Source: a virus (Duplodnaviria; Caudoviricetes). From it: a stretch of DNA of 38,710 nt. The stretch spans positions 1 to 38,710 of IMG/VR virus record IMGVR_UViG_3300025803_000029. The stretch is one strand, 5' to 3'. The position numbers and the translations under genes were made by a program. A model generated the notes under the pieces. The model saw only the letters and a list, made by a program, of their open reading frames with translations. It was not told the origin of the DNA and searched no databases. The stretch's first letter is position 1, and every line of letters starts with the position of its first letter. Shown one piece after another: positions 34,907-38,710 of the stretch.

Positions 34907-35216
34907 TCTTAGGATTCTTTACCTTAACTGCTTTAATAGCTTCATAGAAATCAAAGTATTGAGATTTTAATGCTGGGTTTTGATCTATAGAGTGCCATAG
35001 CATATCTAGTTGATCTCCAATGCTAGGATAAACTCTATCTCTTTGATATTGGTTAGCATCATACTCTGCTTGTACCTCTACCATTTTAGCTTCTATGTCA
35101 GCTTTAGGAATAGGTGTTGTTCCATTGTGCCAAGTAATATCATCTAAGCTATTATCACCAATAGAAAATTCTGCATTAGGATTTATTTTTTTAATTGCTT
35201 TATTTATATTGTTCAT
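34899..35216 (-). CDS. Tail fibre assembly / chaperone-like protein
   Basis: YQRDRVYPSIGDQLDMLWH...VK..NPK. Confidence 0.65.
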   Translation of the reverse strand: MNNINKAIKKINPNAEFSIGDNSLDDITWHNGTTPIPKADIEAKMVEVQAEYDANQYQRDRVYPSIGDQLDMLWHSIDQNPALKSQYFDFYEAIKAVKVKNPKNG

Positions 35217-35737
35217 TATCCAGCTACCTCATATAAAACACATGTACTATTTCTATCTCCATAATTTACTGATGTACTACAACTTGCATTAACAGATGCG
35301 ATTGTAAATTTTACAGTAATTGCAGATGTAGTTGATGGTGAAATTAAATATTGAAAAACTAAATTATTTAAATAAGAAAGTCCATGATTACCATAATCAT
35401 ACATAGAATAATGTTGTCTATTATTTAAAGTTGTGTATGAACCACCACCTATTTTATAAAGAATATCTACATAACTTCTTAAATCAGCAGCACCAAAAAT
35501 ACTACTTTGCAAACTTAAATTAGAAGATATAAGTATTTTTGAAGATGTAGAACTTGGTGTAATTGCTGTTTCCCAAGTAACACCACTTGCAGACGGAACA
35601 TCAACAGTAGATGATGAGGTATGGTCTATTGCATAACTATTATCAGAACTCACAACTTGCAAAACCTTACCACCTACACCAGCAGGTAATGCTGTTACAC
35701 TAGATAAAGAATTATTATTTAAAGTTATTATTGCCAT
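35216..35737 (-). CDS. Receptor-binding / tail fibre module
   Basis: MAIITLNNNSL leader, GKVLQVV, ITPSSTSSKILI, terminal EVAG. Confidence 0.7.
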   Translation of the reverse strand: MAIITLNNNSLSSVTALPAGVGGKVLQVVSSDNSYAIDHTSSSTVDVPSASGVTWETAITPSSTSSKILISSNLSLQSSIFGAADLRSYVDILYKIGGGSYTTLNNRQHYSMYDYGNHGLSYLNNLVFQYLISPSTTSAITVKFTIASVNASCSTSVNYGDRNSTCVLYEVAG

Positions 35738-35922
35738 TACTCTCCACCTCCATTATCTATTACTGTTCCACCATCTGCTATCCACTCTTGTATTGCTTGG
35801 TAATCTGTGTTTGCTTCGTCTAGGGGTACTGTGTGTATTTGTTCACCAGTTAATACTTTGTAAGCATAAAAATTATTTTTATAATATAATTTTTCTACAT
35901 TTGTAATATTTTCTATATTCAT
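35737..35922 (-). CDS. Small tail-fibre-associated protein
   Basis: VPLDEANTDYQAIQEWIADG motif, follows the fibre gene. Confidence 0.65.
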   Translation of the reverse strand: MNIENITNVEKLYYKNNFYAYKVLTGEQIHTVPLDEANTDYQAIQEWIADGGTVIDNGGGE

Positions 35923-35924
35923 AT

Positions 35925-37343
35925 TTATAACTCCGCTGATAAATGTATTTTAGCACCTGATGCAAAATCTATATGTACAGCATATCCATTAGCACCAGTT
36001 ACTGAAGATGCTAAAGTTCTTAATCCTCTAGTTCCAGTTTGAATACCTAAATCAGATTTATTTGTTCCTGCACTTGCAACATAGCAATTAAATGTTCCTG
36101 TATAACTAACAGTTGGTGCTGCTCTCATACTTACAGGAAACACATATGGACAAATAGCAGTACCATTAGTGCCATCATGAGCTCCAGCTATAAAAGTTGT
36201 AGAGTTATTAGCTTCATTTATTTCATTGTAATATCTCATACATCTATTTAAATTAACATCAACAGGCAAGAACTCAAAATCAGATGCGGCGGAGCCTACT
36301 TCTAATTGTACTCCTGTCAAATAAACTTCGTCAGCTGTTGAACCACCAAGACCAGCTAAATCAGAATTAGCAAATCTATTTGCAGCATAATTTGTCCAAG
36401 TGTTACTAACACCTCCAGATGTAAAACCACTAGCAGCACTAAATAACCAAAATAACGTAAAATTTTCTACATTTGAATTATCAAAACCTTGAGAAGTATC
36501 TCCTGGAATTGTAATTGTTTTCTTTTCCCAAGTATCTGCACTATCAATACTATAACCAAAACTAACTACTCTATTCTGTGTTGTGTTAAAATTACCTAAT
36601 GCTACATAATAATTTCCAGTTTTATTTGATTTAATCCAAAAACTTAAAGTAAGACTTTCAGCAGATGATGTTCCATATTTTAAATATTGTAAATTTTGAC
36701 CTTCAAATTTTTGTCTAATCATTACTTCATCAGCATTACCAGTTCCAGCAGATGTGCAATCCATTTTAAATGAATTAACAAATCCTTGACCAGTTGGCAC
36801 ATCAGTTGATTGTGAGATAGTCCAAGTACCAGTATCGGTTTGAGAATACCATCTATCACAAGCATAATAACCATCAGTTGTTGTTACTCCACTTGTTGAA
36901 GTTCCTCTTTGAGCAATACTCATATCACCATTGATGATGATGTTTTTAAATGCTGATTGATTTTGTACAGTACCACTTGCAAGTTTAGCAGCAGTAATTG
37001 TTGCATCAGTTATCTTAGCAGCAGTAACAGAACTGTCAGCTAGTTTAGCTGTAGTAACTGTGCCATCACTAACTGTTGTAATTAAACCAATTCCATAATG
37101 TAAAATAAAATCGCAAGTAGAAGTTCCAGCAACTGCTGTTCCAAAATCTATTGTTGAACCAGATACAGTAAAGTTACCAGCTTGAACGACACCATCAATG
37201 CTAACTAATAATGTGTTCGCACTACTAGGTGTAAAATTACTTCCACCTTTTTGTAATGTGTATGATGAACTACCATCAAAGGTAATGTTATCCAGTACCT
37301 CTACATTACTTATTTTATCTGTATCTCTACCTATATACGCCAT
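35925..37343 (-). CDS. Tail fibre with putative carbohydrate-binding domain
   Basis: MAYIG module, VTTAKLAD repeats, NIIINGDMSIAQRGTS, TGVQLEVG..ASDFE, RCMRYY. Confidence 0.8.
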   Translation of the reverse strand: MAYIGRDTDKISNVEVLDNITFDGSSSYTLQKGGSNFTPSSANTLLVSIDGVVQAGNFTVSGSTIDFGTAVAGTSTCDFILHYGIGLITTVSDGTVTTAKLADSSVTAAKITDATITAAKLASGTVQNQSAFKNIIINGDMSIAQRGTSTSGVTTTDGYYACDRWYSQTDTGTWTISQSTDVPTGQGFVNSFKMDCTSAGTGNADEVMIRQKFEGQNLQYLKYGTSSAESLTLSFWIKSNKTGNYYVALGNFNTTQNRVVSFGYSIDSADTWEKKTITIPGDTSQGFDNSNVENFTLFWLFSAASGFTSGGVSNTWTNYAANRFANSDLAGLGGSTADEVYLTGVQLEVGSAASDFEFLPVDVNLNRCMRYYNEINEANNSTTFIAGAHDGTNGTAICPYVFPVSMRAAPTVSYTGTFNCYVASAGTNKSDLGIQTGTRGLRTLASSVTGANGYAVHIDFASGAKIHLSAEL

Positions 37344-37346
37344 TAA

Positions 37347-37676
37347 TTATCCTTTTGGATTATTATCCTTGATTGTTTGTATTCTTGTTTTCCAAGCTTC
37401 AATGTCATGGTAGATTTCATCTAACTGATCTCCCCAAGAACCATATTGGCTTTTTCTTGTTGCATCTACTTGAGCATTCGCTTCAACAGTATTTGCAGCA
37501 GTCTCAAATGTTGCTAGTTGTGCGTCAGTTGGTTGTGCAATATCTAAATTCCATTCAGCTATATAAACACCTTGACCATTACTGTCGTCTTGCAACAATA
37601 CATCACTTGTGAAATCTACATCGCTAACATTGTTAGCTTTGCAGTATTCTTTTATTTTTGTACTTAGTTGTGCCAT
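37347..37676 (-). CDS. Tail fibre chaperone-like (XkdW-like) protein
   Basis: LQDDSNGQGVYIAEWN...PTDAQL; YGSWGDQLDEIYH. Confidence 0.65.
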   Translation of the reverse strand: MAQLSTKIKEYCKANNVSDVDFTSDVLLQDDSNGQGVYIAEWNLDIAQPTDAQLATFETAANTVEANAQVDATRKSQYGSWGDQLDEIYHDIEAWKTRIQTIKDNNPKG

Positions 37677-37694
37677 AGTTTTACCTCCTTAATT

Positions 37695-38231
37695 TTATGT
37701 AATTATTTTATATCCACCAAAATAAGTATCAGCTCCTGCTGTACCACCTATAAAAGATATACCAGAACCATTATAAGTTCTTAATCTTCCATATAATTCT
37801 ACATAATCTGAAGAACCATTCATATCAATTGCAGCAACTATATTACCATGATATAATGACATAGCTGTTGAGCCTGTGTTTAAAAAAAAATCATTTCTTT
37901 TATAAGAAGAACCATTTTTATAAATACTTAAAGTTAGTCTTGTCAAATTTCCTGTACCTGGATCAACTCTTGTTTGACCATAAATGAAAAATTTTCCAGC
38001 TGTTGTTGGTGTAAAACGATAATTAGTTGAATTGTCATAATTTGAATCTGTATCATAAATTTCAGTATTACATTGTAATTTAGTAAAACTATCATTTGTT
38101 GCAGATTGATCTGCACTTAACCATGCTTCAAAAGCTGGAGTATTAACACCACCAGCACCAGTTACAGTTCCTGTGAAATCGTAAGTGTCTGCAAGGTTAA
38201 GACTTTCAGATTGTATTTTTGTTATTGCCAT
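37695..38231 (-). CDS. C1q/TNF-like domain receptor-binding module
   Basis: TPAFEA...YD...YRFTP..AGKFFIY...IYKNG...DYVELY...FGGYK. Confidence 0.75.
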   Translation of the reverse strand: MAITKIQSESLNLADTYDFTGTVTGAGGVNTPAFEAWLSADQSATNDSFTKLQCNTEIYDTDSNYDNSTNYRFTPTTAGKFFIYGQTRVDPGTGNLTRLTLSIYKNGSSYKRNDFFLNTGSTAMSLYHGNIVAAIDMNGSSDYVELYGRLRTYNGSGISFIGGTAGADTYFGGYKIIT

Positions 38232-38243
38232 AATTTAATTTCC

Positions 38244-38710
38244 TTATTCTATAATTTTAAATCCACCAAATGTGCTTTCACCATTCTGCGCTCTAAATTC
38301 AACATTACCACTAGCTCTATTAACTTGTGCATATATCTCAACATAATCTCCAACAGATAACACCATAGTACTAGCTACAGAAAGTTGTGTATATCTAGTA
38401 TAGTTAGTTTCATTATTCATTATTGTTCTTTTAAAAACAGAACCATTTTTATAAATTAAAACTTTAGCATCTACTAAATCTGTATTTTGACTTGTTCCTA
38501 AAGTAACATTAGCATAAATATGGTATTTACCAGCTTTGCCACTAGGTACTGTAAACCTCTGATTTGTACTATGGTCATAAGCACCATCAGTATCAAAACT
38601 TTCTTCATCAAAATCCATTTTTGTAAATACATCATCACTTGCACTTTGTTCTGCTGATAATGTTGCTTCAAAAGCTGGAGTGTTATCTGGTAATACTCCA
38701 CTAGCTAATT
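38244..38710 (-). CDS. C1q/TNF-like domain module, 5'-partial (frame open to the window end)
   Basis: LASGVLPDNTPAFEATLSAEQ precedes the listed MDFDEE; paralog of 37695..38231. Confidence 0.75.
   Translation of the reverse strand, partial: LASGVLPDNTPAFEATLSAEQSASDDVFTKMDFDEESFDTDGAYDHSTNQRFTVPSGKAGKYHIYANVTLGTSQNTDLVDAKVLIYKNGSVFKRTIMNNETNYTRYTQLSVASTMVLSVGDYVEIYAQVNRASGNVEFRAQNGESTFGGFKIIE

Noticed and set aside
25495-38701. ORFs 25495, 26326, 27894, 32960, 33849, 35095, 37198, 37373 and 38498
   Set aside because: Antisense or off-frame overlaps without RBS or motifs, unlike the nested methyltransferase frame

Overview
The window is a nearly complete, circularly permuted genome of an AT-rich temperate podovirus. 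Its gene order and protein motifs resemble HTVC010P-type marine pelagiphages; a SAR11/alphaproteobacterial host is my inference. A long minus-strand late operon runs terS, terL, portal, scaffold, capsid, adaptor/nozzle and tail fibres, wraps across the window ends through a receptor-binding cassette block, and continues through ejection proteins, lysis genes and small basic proteins. A central switch separates a leftward DNA-modification/replication operon (PAPS-reductase-like protein, C5 methyltransferase, MT-A70 methyltransferase, HTH initiator with iterons) from a rightward recombination/regulatory operon. A tyrosine integrase lies beside an attP made of a promoter plus the 5' half of tRNA-Thr(UGU). 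No DNA polymerase, primase or helicase was recognised. The most notable observations are: (1) a 71-aa gene next to attP that copies a 26-aa motif of a DNA-ejection protein; (2) a methyltransferase subunit nested in an alternative frame (EcoHK31I-like); (3) the promoter-donating 5'-tRNA attP whose -35 lies in the loop of the late terminator; (4) a stem-loop with an anti-Shine-Dalgarno-like loop matching early-gene RBSs; (5) a MAITK-leader tail cassette array with a GAA-hairpin mini-gene; (6) a repeated TTGCAA-N17-TATAAC promoter. All calls come from reading motifs by eye; no searches were run.
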